A stretch of 64,000 nt of DNA from Faecousia sp. GTDB taxonomy: Bacteria > Bacillota > Clostridia > Oscillospirales > Oscillospiraceae. The stretch covers positions 4,084-68,083 of the forward strand of contig JAZMZW010000149.1 of assembly GCA_045586205.1 (NCBI GenBank). Direction: 5' to 3'. A program made the position numbers and the translations under genes. Each line of letters opens with the position of its first letter. Position 1 is the first letter of the stretch. The notes under the pieces are model-generated. The model searched no databases and was not told the origin of the DNA. It worked only from the letters and a program-made list of their open reading frames with translations. Shown one piece after another: positions 23,748 to 33,885 of the stretch.

Positions 23748-23790
23748 ACGACATCCGAAAGGGAAAGCCCCCCTTCGGATGTCGTTTTTT
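23748..23790. terminator. Bidirectional terminator between convergent genes
   Basis: ACGACATCCGAA...TTCGGATGTCGT flanked by A and T runs. Confidence 0.75.
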
Positions 23791-26434
23791 ACGCTTCCGT
23801 TAAGCCGTATTTTTCTTTGATGCGGTCTAATTTTTCCAACATAGGCTCTGCGGCTATGAGGAGGAAGATCACTGTTGCACTGCCGTGGATCAGATCCATA
23901 GGGAAGCCGGAAACATAATAAGAAAGGAGCAGCTTCCGGCTGAGGCTTTCGGGATGGTACAGGATAGCCGAAGCAGGATTCATGATCCCACCGTAGATCA
24001 CCAGGGCAGAAAACGCCCCAAAGGCCGCCAAGCTCCCCCGACTGCGACGGAGCAAGCCCTTGCGGAACAGCACCCCCGCAAGGAAGCCGATGATCCCCAT
24101 GCTGAACATCTGCCAGGGTGTCCAAGAACCTTGGGTAAACAGCACATTGGATGCCAGCATGGTTACCGCACCTACCAGAAATCCCGTTTCCCCTCCGAAG
24201 GCCACACCGGAAATGATCACCATTGCCATAACGGGCTTGAACTGGGGAAGCATGAAGAACACCGCCCGACCCGCTACACCAATGGCACACAAAACCGCAA
24301 TGGTCACAAGCTCCCTTGCCTTGGGCTTTCTGCCTTCAAAAATCAGGAAGAAGGGTAGCATGCATTCCATCAGCACCAACAGGGCAACAATATTATACTG
24401 TTGATTTCCCAAATAGACCACTCCTGCAAAAACAGTCAGAGGAATGATGAGCAAAATCAGCACACTTGCCACTACTGTACGACGGCTGAGTTTGCGTTTT
24501 TGCACCGGTGTTTGCAAGACCACAGGCGGGGCGCTTCTCCGTCCCACAGACAGGACAAAGCACCCTAAGCTGAGGATCAGTACCAAATAGAGCCAAAGCT
24601 GTTTCATCCCCTGTTCGCTGAGTCCGCCCGCTTGGATCAGCTTGGATAAATCGGAGATCCCCGTTGCATAGAAGAAGATCCCCAGTGCAACTGTCAGAGA
24701 AAAGCCTGCAAGAAGCTTCCGCCACAGGGGCAGGGGCTTGGGCTTGAAGCCGACTGCCGTCTCCCTAACCTTAGGCAAGGGGCGAATCTCCGACACAGTC
24801 TCCTCTTGAGTAAGCTCCCCTCCACAGCAGACGATCAGATCCTCCACTGTCACCGCCTGCGGTAGCCAAGGCCGTCCCATGCGATTTGCAGAGGTGGTAT
24901 AGAAGCTGTTGCCGGAGAAAAACTCCCTCGGTGTCCCCTCTGCCACAATGTTGCCGTCAAAAAACAGTCCGCATCTGTGGGCATATTCCGCACAGAAGGA
25001 CACATCGTGACTGACCATAAGAATAGTAACCCTCTCTGCGGACAAGCGTCTGAGGATCTTGCCAAAGCTCGCCTTAAACTCTGCATCAAATCCCTTTGTC
25101 GGCTCATCCAGAAGGAGGATCTCCGGCTCTGTCAGTAGGATCTTGGCAAGGGCTGTCCTTTGCTGTTCTCCCCCGGATAAATCGTAGGGATGCCGATCCA
25201 AAAACTCCCGCAATCCGCAAAGCTCTGTGATCCGTGCAAGCTTTTCCTCCTGTATCTCCTTAGACAGCTTTTTCCCACGGAAAACCTCGTAGAGATCCTC
25301 CCGTACCGTCCGCTTCACAAACAAGGTCTGGGGATTCTGGGGCAGGTGTGCCAAAACTCCCTCAACCGCTACAGTCCCCCGATAGGCTGTCCGCAAGCCG
25401 GAGATCAGCTTCAGAGTGGTGGACTTCCCTGCTCCGTTCCCTCCCAGGAGGGCGTAAAACTCTCCCCGTTTCAAGCACAGAGAAAGACCCTTGACCACAT
25501 CGGCACTGTCCTTTTCGTAACGAAACCACAACTCCTCACAGGTCAAAGCCCGCTCCTCGGAACAGATGGGGATTTCCTGTTCCTTTAAGGGGCGCAGGGG
25601 CTGTTCCCCCATACGTTCACGGAGAAAGCCACTGCCGTCCCGTACAGACACAGGACAGGGTAGCGCCGTTTTCACCCCTGCCCAAACACGCATGGCAGTG
25701 GGCATGGCGAGGAACATTCCGTTTCCCTTATCCCGTAGCTGTAAGCCTACCTCTTGGGGACTGCCGTCACAAATCACAGAGCCCTTGTCCATCACCATAA
25801 CTCGGGAAGCAAAGGGAAAGGCCTCCTCCAGTCGATGCTCTGTCAGGATCACGGTGATCCCCAATTCCCGATTGATCTTCCCCAACAGTGCCAAAAACTC
25901 CGAGGCGGCAATGGGATCGAGCTGTGCCGTCGGCTCATCCAGCACCAGCACACTTGGTTGCATTGCCATGACGGAAGCCAGATTCAACAGTTGTTTCTGT
26001 CCCCCGGAAAGCTCAGACACTTCTTTATAAAACCAATTTTCAATGCCGAAAAAGGCGGCGATCTCTGCCACCCTCCGTCGAATGGTAGGGGTATCATAGC
26101 CCAGACTTTCCAAGCCGAAGGCCAGTTCGTGCCAGACCTTGTCCGTAACCACCTGATTATCGGGGGATTGTAGCACATAGCCGATCTGCTGTGCCTGTTC
26201 CCGTTGGCTCAATTCTTCCAGTTTCGTCCCTTGGTATCGGATCTCACCGAAAAACTGTCCGTGGGGAGTCATGATGCTTTTCAAATGTCGCAGGAGTGTA
26301 GTCTTGCCACAGCCGGAAGGTCCGCAGAGGATCACAAACTGTCCCTGTGCTACAGTAAAGGACAGGTCCTTCAGAGCAAGCCTGTCCTCTCCGGGGTAGG
26401 CAAAATTCACATGTCGGAATGAATAGCTTTCCAT
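23789..26434 (-). CDS. ECF transporter double ATPase (A-A') fused to a C-terminal S component (CbrT-like, cobalamin)
   Basis: Two ABC domains (GPSGCGKT/LSGGQ and GGNGAGKS/LSGGE) followed by S-component motifs (LPQFKPV, GFLVGA, WTPWQM). Start at MESYSF after GGAGG. Confidence 0.88.
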   Translation of the reverse strand: MESYSFRHVNFAYPGEDRLALKDLSFTVAQGQFVILCGPSGCGKTTLLRHLKSIMTPHGQFFGEIRYQGTKLEELSQREQAQQIGYVLQSPDNQVVTDKVWHELAFGLESLGYDTPTIRRRVAEIAAFFGIENWFYKEVSELSGGQKQLLNLASVMAMQPSVLVLDEPTAQLDPIAASEFLALLGKINRELGITVILTEHRLEEAFPFASRVMVMDKGSVICDGSPQEVGLQLRDKGNGMFLAMPTAMRVWAGVKTALPCPVSVRDGSGFLRERMGEQPLRPLKEQEIPICSEERALTCEELWFRYEKDSADVVKGLSLCLKRGEFYALLGGNGAGKSTTLKLISGLRTAYRGTVAVEGVLAHLPQNPQTLFVKRTVREDLYEVFRGKKLSKEIQEEKLARITELCGLREFLDRHPYDLSGGEQQRTALAKILLTEPEILLLDEPTKGFDAEFKASFGKILRRLSAERVTILMVSHDVSFCAEYAHRCGLFFDGNIVAEGTPREFFSGNSFYTTSANRMGRPWLPQAVTVEDLIVCCGGELTQEETVSEIRPLPKVRETAVGFKPKPLPLWRKLLAGFSLTVALGIFFYATGISDLSKLIQAGGLSEQGMKQLWLYLVLILSLGCFVLSVGRRSAPPVVLQTPVQKRKLSRRTVVASVLILLIIPLTVFAGVVYLGNQQYNIVALLVLMECMLPFFLIFEGRKPKARELVTIAVLCAIGVAGRAVFFMLPQFKPVMAMVIISGVAFGGETGFLVGAVTMLASNVLFTQGSWTPWQMFSMGIIGFLAGVLFRKGLLRRSRGSLAAFGAFSALVIYGGIMNPASAILYHPESLSRKLLLSYYVSGFPMDLIHGSATVIFLLIAAEPMLEKLDRIKEKYGLTEA

Positions 26435-27297
26435 TGTCTTTCCTCCGCAAGATTGATGACCACGGGCATGGCGCACAGCATTAAGAAAACCATCTGAAAA
26501 CTCAGGGTCATGGGATTCAGGGAAACATAGCGTATTGAGGGATAGTAGCGGAAGCCAAAGCCATTGGCCATAACTCCCGTCAGAAGATACACTCCGCAAA
26601 AGCCCAGAAAGATCATTGCCGAACGGTCTCTCCGGTCAAAGCGGTAGATGGAAAAGGCAGTTCTGCCCTGTAAGCCATAGCCCCGACTTCTCATACTGTC
26701 CCCTGTTTCTATGGCGTTTTCCAGGACCCATGTGATCAGTATGGACAGTACGGTAACAGCGCTTTTTGTCCGTTGGAGCAAGGAGCCTTGGCTCGGATCT
26801 CTGCCCATGCCCCGTTGTGCATCCTTCACCTGCTCCAGCTGTGCCTTGAATCTCGGAATAAACCGCAGGGTCATGCTCAGCACCAGAGACAGTGCCGGGA
26901 TCACCCTGCCGAAAAGATAAATAAACTTATCCGAAGTGATTACCCGATTGAATTGAGAAAACCACAGGATCAGCGTCCCCAAACTCAGCCCCGCAGACAG
27001 GCCGTAGAGAATACTCTCCATGGTCAGGGGATTCCCTGTAGGCAAATACAGAAGAACCGTCACCCCCTCATGGCTGAAGGCAGGATTCATAAATCCTGTC
27101 AGGAGCATCAGAGGAAGACAGTACTTCAAGCAGAACAGAAGTCCCTGCCTCCCCTGAGTCTGCGCAGCGTAGCAGCAGGCACAGAGGAAGGACAGTCCCC
27201 GGGTCAGGGGATGAGCGATGGTCATGGAAAAGCCCATGACCAAGGCGAAATACAGAAAATTTACCAAAGGGTGGTAGCTTGCAAAACGATCCTTCAT
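26407..27297 (-). CDS. ecfT: ECF transporter transmembrane T component
   Basis: HPLVNFLYF, LRFIP, SMRSRGYG (CbiQ/EcfT family). Confidence 0.9.
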   Translation of the reverse strand: MKDRFASYHPLVNFLYFALVMGFSMTIAHPLTRGLSFLCACCYAAQTQGRQGLLFCLKYCLPLMLLTGFMNPAFSHEGVTVLLYLPTGNPLTMESILYGLSAGLSLGTLILWFSQFNRVITSDKFIYLFGRVIPALSLVLSMTLRFIPRFKAQLEQVKDAQRGMGRDPSQGSLLQRTKSAVTVLSILITWVLENAIETGDSMRSRGYGLQGRTAFSIYRFDRRDRSAMIFLGFCGVYLLTGVMANGFGFRYYPSIRYVSLNPMTLSFQMVFLMLCAMPVVINLAEERQWKAIHSDM

Positions 27298-27307
27298 AGC
27301 TTCTTCC

Positions 27308-28429
27308 TCAACCACCTACGGCGTAACTGCCCCCTACATCTACGCCCAGATCGCAGGTGTAGCGCCACTGCACCACATCTCCGTCCTTCAGTTCGTAACG
27401 GGAAGAGCCGTAATTGGGATACCAGCCGTTGACACTGTACATCCAGCCGGACAGACTGCCACAGTCAAATTCATAGAGATTACAGATCCCCTCCACATAG
27501 GCACTGTTATAAATAGGTGTCCAAGAGGCCTCCATATGGATGCCCCTATCCTTGCACAGCCTTTGCAGAACATCGAAGACCGATTCCCCTTCATAGAAGG
27601 TCACGGTGGTTTTTGCAAGAATAGTACCGTTAGAGGGTAGCATTTCCAGCTTATCGGGATCTAACAGCTCCAGATTGTTGACAATGGTGGAGCAATCAAT
27701 GGTAAAGGTGCAGGTCAGAGACTTGGTGGAATCTACAGTCTGATCCTCCGGCTCTACGGGCTTGGGCTTCCCCTCCGGAGTGGGAGAAGTGTAGTACTTA
27801 TCCCTTCCGTTGGTGTAGACCGTTCCGTCAATTTCTACAGTGCCGGATAAATAGCTATCGGTAGCTACCGTGGCCTCTGTAGAATCTGTCTCGGAAGGCT
27901 CGGTGACTTCATCCAACACAGCATCTTCCGTCAGGGCATCGGGGCGAATCACAAATTCTCTCACTGTGCCGTCCAGGGACAGATTCAAAATAGTGTGCTT
28001 TCCCCCTGTGAGGGACACGGATGCCACAGGCTCTGTACCTACATAGGCAGTGGCACTCTGAGCAGCCCAGCTTTCCTGCAAGGTAATGGACAGAAGAAGG
28101 GAATAACCAAAGTCTTCCTCCTGATGCAGGCAGACAGCCACCTCTTCTCCGGAAGACTGCAAGTCTACCATGAGATTCAGCTCCCGAGCTTGTGGAATGT
28201 CGCTACCGAAGACCGTCCACTCGTAGGAGATCCCCTTACTTTCCCCCGCAAAAGTACCGATGGCATTTTCGCTTTGTATCTGTGCCACGATCCCCTGCGA
28301 GATGATCCCGTCTTCCGGAACGGTAAGGGTATCATGTAGATTCACTTGTCCGAAATTTCCCCCACAGCCACAAAGGCTCAACAGGACAGACAGGATCAAA
28401 AGAACTGCGATCTGCTTTTTCATAGTCAT
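27308..28429 (-). CDS. Lipoprotein with C-terminal DUF4430 (transcobalamin beta-like, B12-binding) domain
   Basis: Lipobox-like LSLCGC; GESVFDVL...YVEGICNLYEFDCGSLSGWMYSVNGWYPNYG...LKDGDVVQWRYTCDLG. Confidence 0.88.
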   Translation of the reverse strand: MTMKKQIAVLLILSVLLSLCGCGGNFGQVNLHDTLTVPEDGIISQGIVAQIQSENAIGTFAGESKGISYEWTVFGSDIPQARELNLMVDLQSSGEEVAVCLHQEEDFGYSLLLSITLQESWAAQSATAYVGTEPVASVSLTGGKHTILNLSLDGTVREFVIRPDALTEDAVLDEVTEPSETDSTEATVATDSYLSGTVEIDGTVYTNGRDKYYTSPTPEGKPKPVEPEDQTVDSTKSLTCTFTIDCSTIVNNLELLDPDKLEMLPSNGTILAKTTVTFYEGESVFDVLQRLCKDRGIHMEASWTPIYNSAYVEGICNLYEFDCGSLSGWMYSVNGWYPNYGSSRYELKDGDVVQWRYTCDLGVDVGGSYAVGG

Positions 28430-29052
28430 TCTCCAATTACGATTTTTCCGTGCTTCACTTGCAGGGTATCTGTGGTCATTGCCAGACTTTTCTCCTCCTG
28501 CGTAGCGGCAAAAACAGCATCCTCCAACACCAGATCCAACACATCCCCCTGTCGTACACTGCCACGGAGTCGGAAGGACAGGCGGAGGAGCACATTGTCT
28601 TCCCCTTCCAGAAGCTCCTGCCCGAAGGCATATTTGCCCCCGGTCATATCCAGATACATGAGGTTGACAAGTCCCGATTCATTGGCGGTTTCCACATTGT
28701 AACTCCACTCCGGCAAGCTTTGCCCCGTGGAGCTGTTATTGTCATAAATAAACACATTGCCTTCCTCTACCCCAAGGAACTCCAAACGACCGGGGTCAAA
28801 GCGGAGGCTCATGCTCATAGCCGGATACAGAGCCTCACCCAGATTAGAGATCTCCACATCCAAGGTGAATTCTTCCGTGGAGGAAAGGCTCAGTCTCCCG
28901 GGAGATCCCACGGTCAAAGTTGACTGTCCCAATTCTGTTTCTTGCAGGAACAGCCATACTCCAAGGAGGAGTCCCGCTGCAAGGAACAGTACCAAGATCC
29001 ACGGCCACAAGGGACGCTTTTTCTTTTTTGTATTTTCAATTTCTTCTGCCAC
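28426..29052 (-). CDS. Membrane-anchored cohesin-domain protein
   Basis: KKKKR plus one TM, then FTLDVEI...LRFDPGRLEFLGVEEG...LLRLSFRL...GKIVIG cohesin pattern; GTG start. Confidence 0.75.
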   Translation of the reverse strand: MAEEIENTKKKKRPLWPWILVLFLAAGLLLGVWLFLQETELGQSTLTVGSPGRLSLSSTEEFTLDVEISNLGEALYPAMSMSLRFDPGRLEFLGVEEGNVFIYDNNSSTGQSLPEWSYNVETANESGLVNLMYLDMTGGKYAFGQELLEGEDNVLLRLSFRLRGSVRQGDVLDLVLEDAVFAATQEEKSLAMTTDTLQVKHGKIVIGE

Positions 29053-29074
29053 AAGTCCCCCTCCTTTCTATGTC

Positions 29075-31903
29075 TCAGGGATTGGTGGTAAGGGTGGCGG
29101 CCTTGATGACTACGGCGAAGTCCGTACCCTTGACAAAGTGCTCCACAATGGCAAGGGCATCATAGGTGTTGATACGGCTGTCGCCGTTAACATTAACGGT
29201 AAGGATCTGCCGATCCTCGGTTAATTCTCCCTTGCGCACCCATGCATCTACCGCATTGAGGGCATCCTGTGCATTGATCACTCCATCCCCGTTGGTATCA
29301 CCGAAGGTCAGAGGCTGTGTATCCCCGGAGAATTTATAATGCTTCTCATTGACCAGCTTCTCCATATCCATAGCGCTGTCTACCAGTGCCACGAAGGTTG
29401 CCACACCACTCTTGGTGCTAATCTCAGCACTGTAGGAGAAGTCAAGCTTTGTGTTGCCGTCATCATAGCTCAGCTTGGTATCCTTCTTGATGCCGGTTAC
29501 CGCCACAGCCACAGCCTTCTTATCCGTAGGAATCAGGTCCACACCGTCACCCTGATACAGGCACACGGCACTGAAGGAGATCCCCTCCACGACTTGTACT
29601 GTTCCTGTGGCATTTTGGGTATTTACCACGATCATGGAATTTTCATCCCGAGAGTCGGAATTCAGCTTCACGGACATGCCGGAAAGGGCAAAATTCAGCT
29701 TGCTCCCCTCTGACACAGTCTGTGCTGTAAAAGATAGACTGAACAGTTCTGCCGGATAGTCCTCTCCGCTGACAGTAAGGCTTTGGTTTTGATTGGCATC
29801 AAAGTAGACCACACGGAGTTTTCCGCTGTCGGCTTCTACATTCCAGACCACTTCTCCACCATTGAGGCGGTCGGAAGCTGTGACATCCGTCACCGTGACC
29901 CCTTGGGGGACGGTCATAAGGAAGTCAATCAGTTTGTAGCCTCCCTCGTTATCCCACTTATTGATACCAATGATTCCATGGAAGTCTTCCCCACCATTGA
30001 TCTGCGCAGGAAGCCCCAGAGTGGCGGTCATTTCTTCCTTGGACAGGGAATCCTCTCCGAAGGACACATCACTGTAGTCAAACAGCGCCTTCTCACCCTT
30101 GAGAAAACGGTCATATGCCACCAGTGCGTAACAGGCCTGATCCGTTGCCATAGCGTTGGAGGTTTTTCCCTGATGGGCGAACATGGCCTCCTCTTCCAGA
30201 TAATAGCTCAGAAGATTATCCACTGCGGAAATACCATTCTTGATAAAGCGAGGATCTGTATCGGGGTTAATGCCCCATGCAGTACAGGCAACAATGGCCC
30301 ATACACAGCTTTCGGAAGTCTCCCCCTTGCCGTAGGGGAAGCCGCCGGTCTCTAACTGAGATTCGGATAACCATGTCAGGGCTTCCTCACAAGCCTGTGC
30401 AACCTCCGGCTGATTCCGATAGGGATATAGAGCAACCAAGGTCATACCCGTAATATCCACATTGGAGGGCTGTGCCTTGGCAGTAACCAGAGACCAACCG
30501 CCGTCATTGTGTTGGAAGGACAGAATAGAGTCCACACATTGCTGACGGATGGTGGGATCTGAAGTAGCATAGTTCCCGGAATCCAGTGCAATGAGCGTCC
30601 AAATCGTACCGTTCATTCCCTGCTTGCGGATCCAGTTCATGCCGTTGGCACTGTAGGCCTCTACAAGATCCCAGTCTCCTACAGAGGTAGCATTCCTGCC
30701 GATGGCAGAAAGTGCCACGATCAGACGGGAGTTATCTGTAGATTTGTTCTTGTCCAAAGCGCCGTTCATATTCAAAGAAGGCGCAGTGGTATTCACGTAT
30801 TCCACGATCCGATCATAGTAAGCGGTAAAGTAAGGATCGTTCTTGCCAAAGTAGTTCCCTCTTGCAAGGCCGAACACTGTCCATTCCCCTGCATTTGTGC
30901 CGAAATTCGGCTCAGTGACTGTGGTGGCAAGCTGTGCCATAGTGGCCTGTAGCACCTCGGTAACATCTTGGGACTCAGGGGAAGCACCTGCCGTAACCGT
31001 GACCTTTGCATAGGCGGGAGAGGACACGATGCAGGGCTCTCCGCTTTGGTCGTAGCCATCGCAAGAGTCGTGTGTACCGTCATCCGTGCCCCGGGCACCG
31101 TCACACCACAGATAATAGTCCCCTGCTTCTGCAAAGCTAATCTTTGCAATCCCCTGTTCGTCCGTTACAACAGAGCCTTCTGCCTTGCCGAAGGACTTGC
31201 CGTAATAGATCGTATACTCCGTAGCCTCCTTGACCCAAGACTGACCGAACATCAGGTCACAGAAGGAGTGCTTCAGCTTCACAGACAGGCTCTCTCCCTG
31301 TACTGCGGTATAGTCATGGACATAGTTCCCCTGCAGATCCGCAAAGAGGTGGAAGCCACCCAGCTGATCCCACAGGAAGCTGTAGCAGGAAAAGCTGGCA
31401 ACATCCAGAAAATCTCCTGCCTTCAATACGATGCGGTCGGAGGTTGCACCGATGGTCATACCTTCGGCACTTTGGCTCTCGTCCACAGGGAAATCTCCGT
31501 TGAGGAAGTACACCAGATTCTCCGTAAAGCCGAAGATCCCGTCTTTAAAGTAAGAGCTACCGGGCAGAGGGTCAAAGTCCACATCCGACCAGCTTCCCCC
31601 GTACAGTTCCTCATGGGCATAGATCAGCAGCTGCAAAGCGGTGGTGTCGTACTTCCCGTCCCCATCGGCATCATAAAGAAGCTCCTCCAGACCATAGGCT
31701 TCCAAATCCACGGTGGCTACGGCATCCAGAGGGACAGGATAGTACACAAAGGGATTGCCGTTTTTGTCCTTAATGTATTTCCCGTCATAGCTGACGGAAA
31801 GATACACATATTCCCCCGTTTTTGCCATACCTGCGGAGGGAAGCATCGTCAGTAAGATCCCAAGGATCAGGATCATGCTCCATATCTTTTTGGTAGTTCT
31901 CAT
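29075..31903 (-). CDS. Secreted modular protein: DUF4430-like and Ig-like domains, prenyltransferase-type alpha/alpha barrel, cohesin-like domain, X module and dockerin
   Basis: Signal peptide; EW..GLAR, QHNDGGWS, DITGM.L.AL and NAMATDQA barrel repeats; C-terminal GDTNGDGVINAQD...NVNGDSRINTYD dockerin duplicate. Confidence 0.82.
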   Translation of the reverse strand: MRTTKKIWSMILILGILLTMLPSAGMAKTGEYVYLSVSYDGKYIKDKNGNPFVYYPVPLDAVATVDLEAYGLEELLYDADGDGKYDTTALQLLIYAHEELYGGSWSDVDFDPLPGSSYFKDGIFGFTENLVYFLNGDFPVDESQSAEGMTIGATSDRIVLKAGDFLDVASFSCYSFLWDQLGGFHLFADLQGNYVHDYTAVQGESLSVKLKHSFCDLMFGQSWVKEATEYTIYYGKSFGKAEGSVVTDEQGIAKISFAEAGDYYLWCDGARGTDDGTHDSCDGYDQSGEPCIVSSPAYAKVTVTAGASPESQDVTEVLQATMAQLATTVTEPNFGTNAGEWTVFGLARGNYFGKNDPYFTAYYDRIVEYVNTTAPSLNMNGALDKNKSTDNSRLIVALSAIGRNATSVGDWDLVEAYSANGMNWIRKQGMNGTIWTLIALDSGNYATSDPTIRQQCVDSILSFQHNDGGWSLVTAKAQPSNVDITGMTLVALYPYRNQPEVAQACEEALTWLSESQLETGGFPYGKGETSESCVWAIVACTAWGINPDTDPRFIKNGISAVDNLLSYYLEEEAMFAHQGKTSNAMATDQACYALVAYDRFLKGEKALFDYSDVSFGEDSLSKEEMTATLGLPAQINGGEDFHGIIGINKWDNEGGYKLIDFLMTVPQGVTVTDVTASDRLNGGEVVWNVEADSGKLRVVYFDANQNQSLTVSGEDYPAELFSLSFTAQTVSEGSKLNFALSGMSVKLNSDSRDENSMIVVNTQNATGTVQVVEGISFSAVCLYQGDGVDLIPTDKKAVAVAVTGIKKDTKLSYDDGNTKLDFSYSAEISTKSGVATFVALVDSAMDMEKLVNEKHYKFSGDTQPLTFGDTNGDGVINAQDALNAVDAWVRKGELTEDRQILTVNVNGDSRINTYDALAIVEHFVKGTDFAVVIKAATLTTNP

Positions 31904-33755
31904 TTCGGTTCATCCTTTCCAAGCTCCGAGAATTTCCCTGCCACCCTCCGATTTGCGGAAGCAGGTGGGAAGGGTTTATGCTACATTGAAATACGCAAGG
32001 GCACTGTCGGAGTAGGCAAACAGTGCCTTGCACAGGTCGCCCAAGGCGCCTGTCTTGTTGTTGCCGTAAGTATCTGCGCTGTACTGCAGGGTGCAGGACA
32101 CAGGCGTCTCTCCTGCGTAAACTTGGACAGAAACCACATTCCGCAGTTCTGCCGCCAGAAGTCCGTCAAAGGTAAAGGCGTAGAGACCGAGGGACTCACT
32201 GTATACCGTAGACTCTGTGAGGACTGTATCCATGGATTCCCCGTCCACATCCATATAGTTGATATGCAAGCTCAGAGCTTCGGGTTCTCCCTTGTAAGCA
32301 GAGCAATTTGCAATAAACTTGATCATGACCTTAGAGCCAAGATCCAGAGACTTCCCTGCCCATGTAACGGATGGATTTTCCAAATCCTCCAAAACTCGAT
32401 TGTTATTCCCGAAAGAAAGCCCATCCACATTGCTGAGGTAGCGTTTGTGTTCCTCTGTCATTGCTCCGTCCACAAGACTGTCGGCGCGGTAGTCCTTGTA
32501 GATCTGTGCCGCTGTGCCGTAGCGAAGAAGATCGGCACAAAGGGCCTTCAGTTCCTTGGATGCGGCAGGCTTGTTCAGTTGGGAATATGCATAAGTCCCC
32601 ACGCTGTATTCATCCACAGGGGAGCAATAGAGTTTCCCATCCTTCCTTCCGTAAAGAACAGAAGTCACGCAGTCATTCATCTGCACCGCAGTCAAGCCGG
32701 ACAGGGTAAAGTAATAGAAATTCCCCTTCAGCACAGGCTCCGTGCGGATGATCTTGGTCGCGGTCTTATCATGATTCTCGTATAGCTCCAATGCCGTTTC
32801 CACATAGACCGTATCCATATCGAAGCCCTCCAGATAGGGCTTGTAGAGCATAAGATTTACAGAAATATCACTTGCCAGATTCAGACTGTGGCTCAGCTTC
32901 AGGCTCTGCAATTCTTCAGGCTTTTCCTCGCCCTTGACCGTTACCTTTGCATAGGCCGGGGAGGAAACCACACAGGGCTCCAGATACTCGCCGTAGTGGT
33001 CGCAGGCTCCGTGAGTGCCGTCATCAGAGCCCAAGCCCCCGTCACACCAGAGGTAATAAGTCCCCCCGGTAGGGAAGGTAATTTCTGCATTCCCCTCTCC
33101 ATCCGTAAACGCAGAGCCTTCCGCTTCACCGAAGGTCCTGCCGTAAAAGATCTCGTAATCCGTGGCATCATAGACCCACGCCTCGCCGTACATCAAGTCA
33201 CAGAAGGAGTGCTTCAGCTTCACGGACAGAGCTTCTCCCTCCGGGACAGTATAATCATGGACATAGTTCCCCTCGGGGTCTGCAAAGAGGTGGAAGCCAC
33301 CTAACTGATCCCACAGGAAGCTGTAGCAATTAAAGCTTGCTACATCCAGGAAGTCTCCTGCCTCCAGCACGATGCGGTCGGAGGTTGCCCCTACGGTCAT
33401 AAAGTCGCTCTGTTGGCTCTCATCCACGGGGAAATCTCCGTTGAGGAAGTACACCAGATTCTCCGTAAAGCCGAAGATTCCGTCTTTAAAGTAAGAGCTA
33501 CCGGGCAGGGGGTCAAAGTCCACATCCGACCAGCTTCCCCCGTACAGTTCCTCATGGGCATAGATCAGTAGCTGCAAAGCGGTGGTGTCGTACTTCCCGT
33601 TCCCATCGGCATCATAAAGAAGCTCCTCCAGACCATAGGCTTCCAAATCCACGGCGGCTACGGCATCCAGAGGGACCGGATAGTACACAAAAGACTTTCC
33701 GTTTTTGTCCTTGATGTATTTCCCGTCAAAGCTGACGGAAAGATAAATGTATTCC
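31000..33755. repeat. Direct repeat of the N-terminal module coding region (about 31000-31815 and 32940-33755)
   Basis: For example 31501 TGAGGAAGTACACCAGATTCTCCGTAAAGCCGAAGAT recurs at 33442; near-identical over about 300 bp. Confidence 0.9.
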
Positions 33756-33844
33756 CCCTCTCCGGCAAAGCTTACAGCAGGGAGCAGAGCCCACACCATT
33801 GCAAATACCAAAAAGATCGCCAAGGTTTTTTTCATAAATTTCAT
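31976..33844 (-). CDS. Secreted protein: same N-terminal DUF4430-like/Ig module plus the conserved ~310-aa C-terminal domain
   Basis: Signal peptide; N-terminal ~280 aa highly similar to the downstream gene; C-terminus similar to genes at 47653, 50837 and 54834. Confidence 0.85.
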   Translation of the reverse strand: MKFMKKTLAIFLVFAMVWALLPAVSFAGEGEYIYLSVSFDGKYIKDKNGKSFVYYPVPLDAVAAVDLEAYGLEELLYDADGNGKYDTTALQLLIYAHEELYGGSWSDVDFDPLPGSSYFKDGIFGFTENLVYFLNGDFPVDESQQSDFMTVGATSDRIVLEAGDFLDVASFNCYSFLWDQLGGFHLFADPEGNYVHDYTVPEGEALSVKLKHSFCDLMYGEAWVYDATDYEIFYGRTFGEAEGSAFTDGEGNAEITFPTGGTYYLWCDGGLGSDDGTHGACDHYGEYLEPCVVSSPAYAKVTVKGEEKPEELQSLKLSHSLNLASDISVNLMLYKPYLEGFDMDTVYVETALELYENHDKTATKIIRTEPVLKGNFYYFTLSGLTAVQMNDCVTSVLYGRKDGKLYCSPVDEYSVGTYAYSQLNKPAASKELKALCADLLRYGTAAQIYKDYRADSLVDGAMTEEHKRYLSNVDGLSFGNNNRVLEDLENPSVTWAGKSLDLGSKVMIKFIANCSAYKGEPEALSLHINYMDVDGESMDTVLTESTVYSESLGLYAFTFDGLLAAELRNVVSVQVYAGETPVSCTLQYSADTYGNNKTGALGDLCKALFAYSDSALAYFNVA

Positions 33845-33885
33845 TGTAAATCGTCCTTTCTACATTGGGCAAGGGGTGATCCCCC

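Noticed and set aside
23789-26599. ORF-track starts for several genes (26599, 2478, 10158, 40256, 45733)
   Set aside because: The upstream extensions overlap neighbours or promoters and lack an RBS; downstream starts with clear Shine-Dalgarno sequences were used instead.
30060-30960. Prenyltransferase/squalene-cyclase repeats as a terpene cyclase
   Set aside because: The protein is secreted, has no DXDD catalytic motif and sits in a B12 uptake operon; a binding or structural barrel is more plausible.
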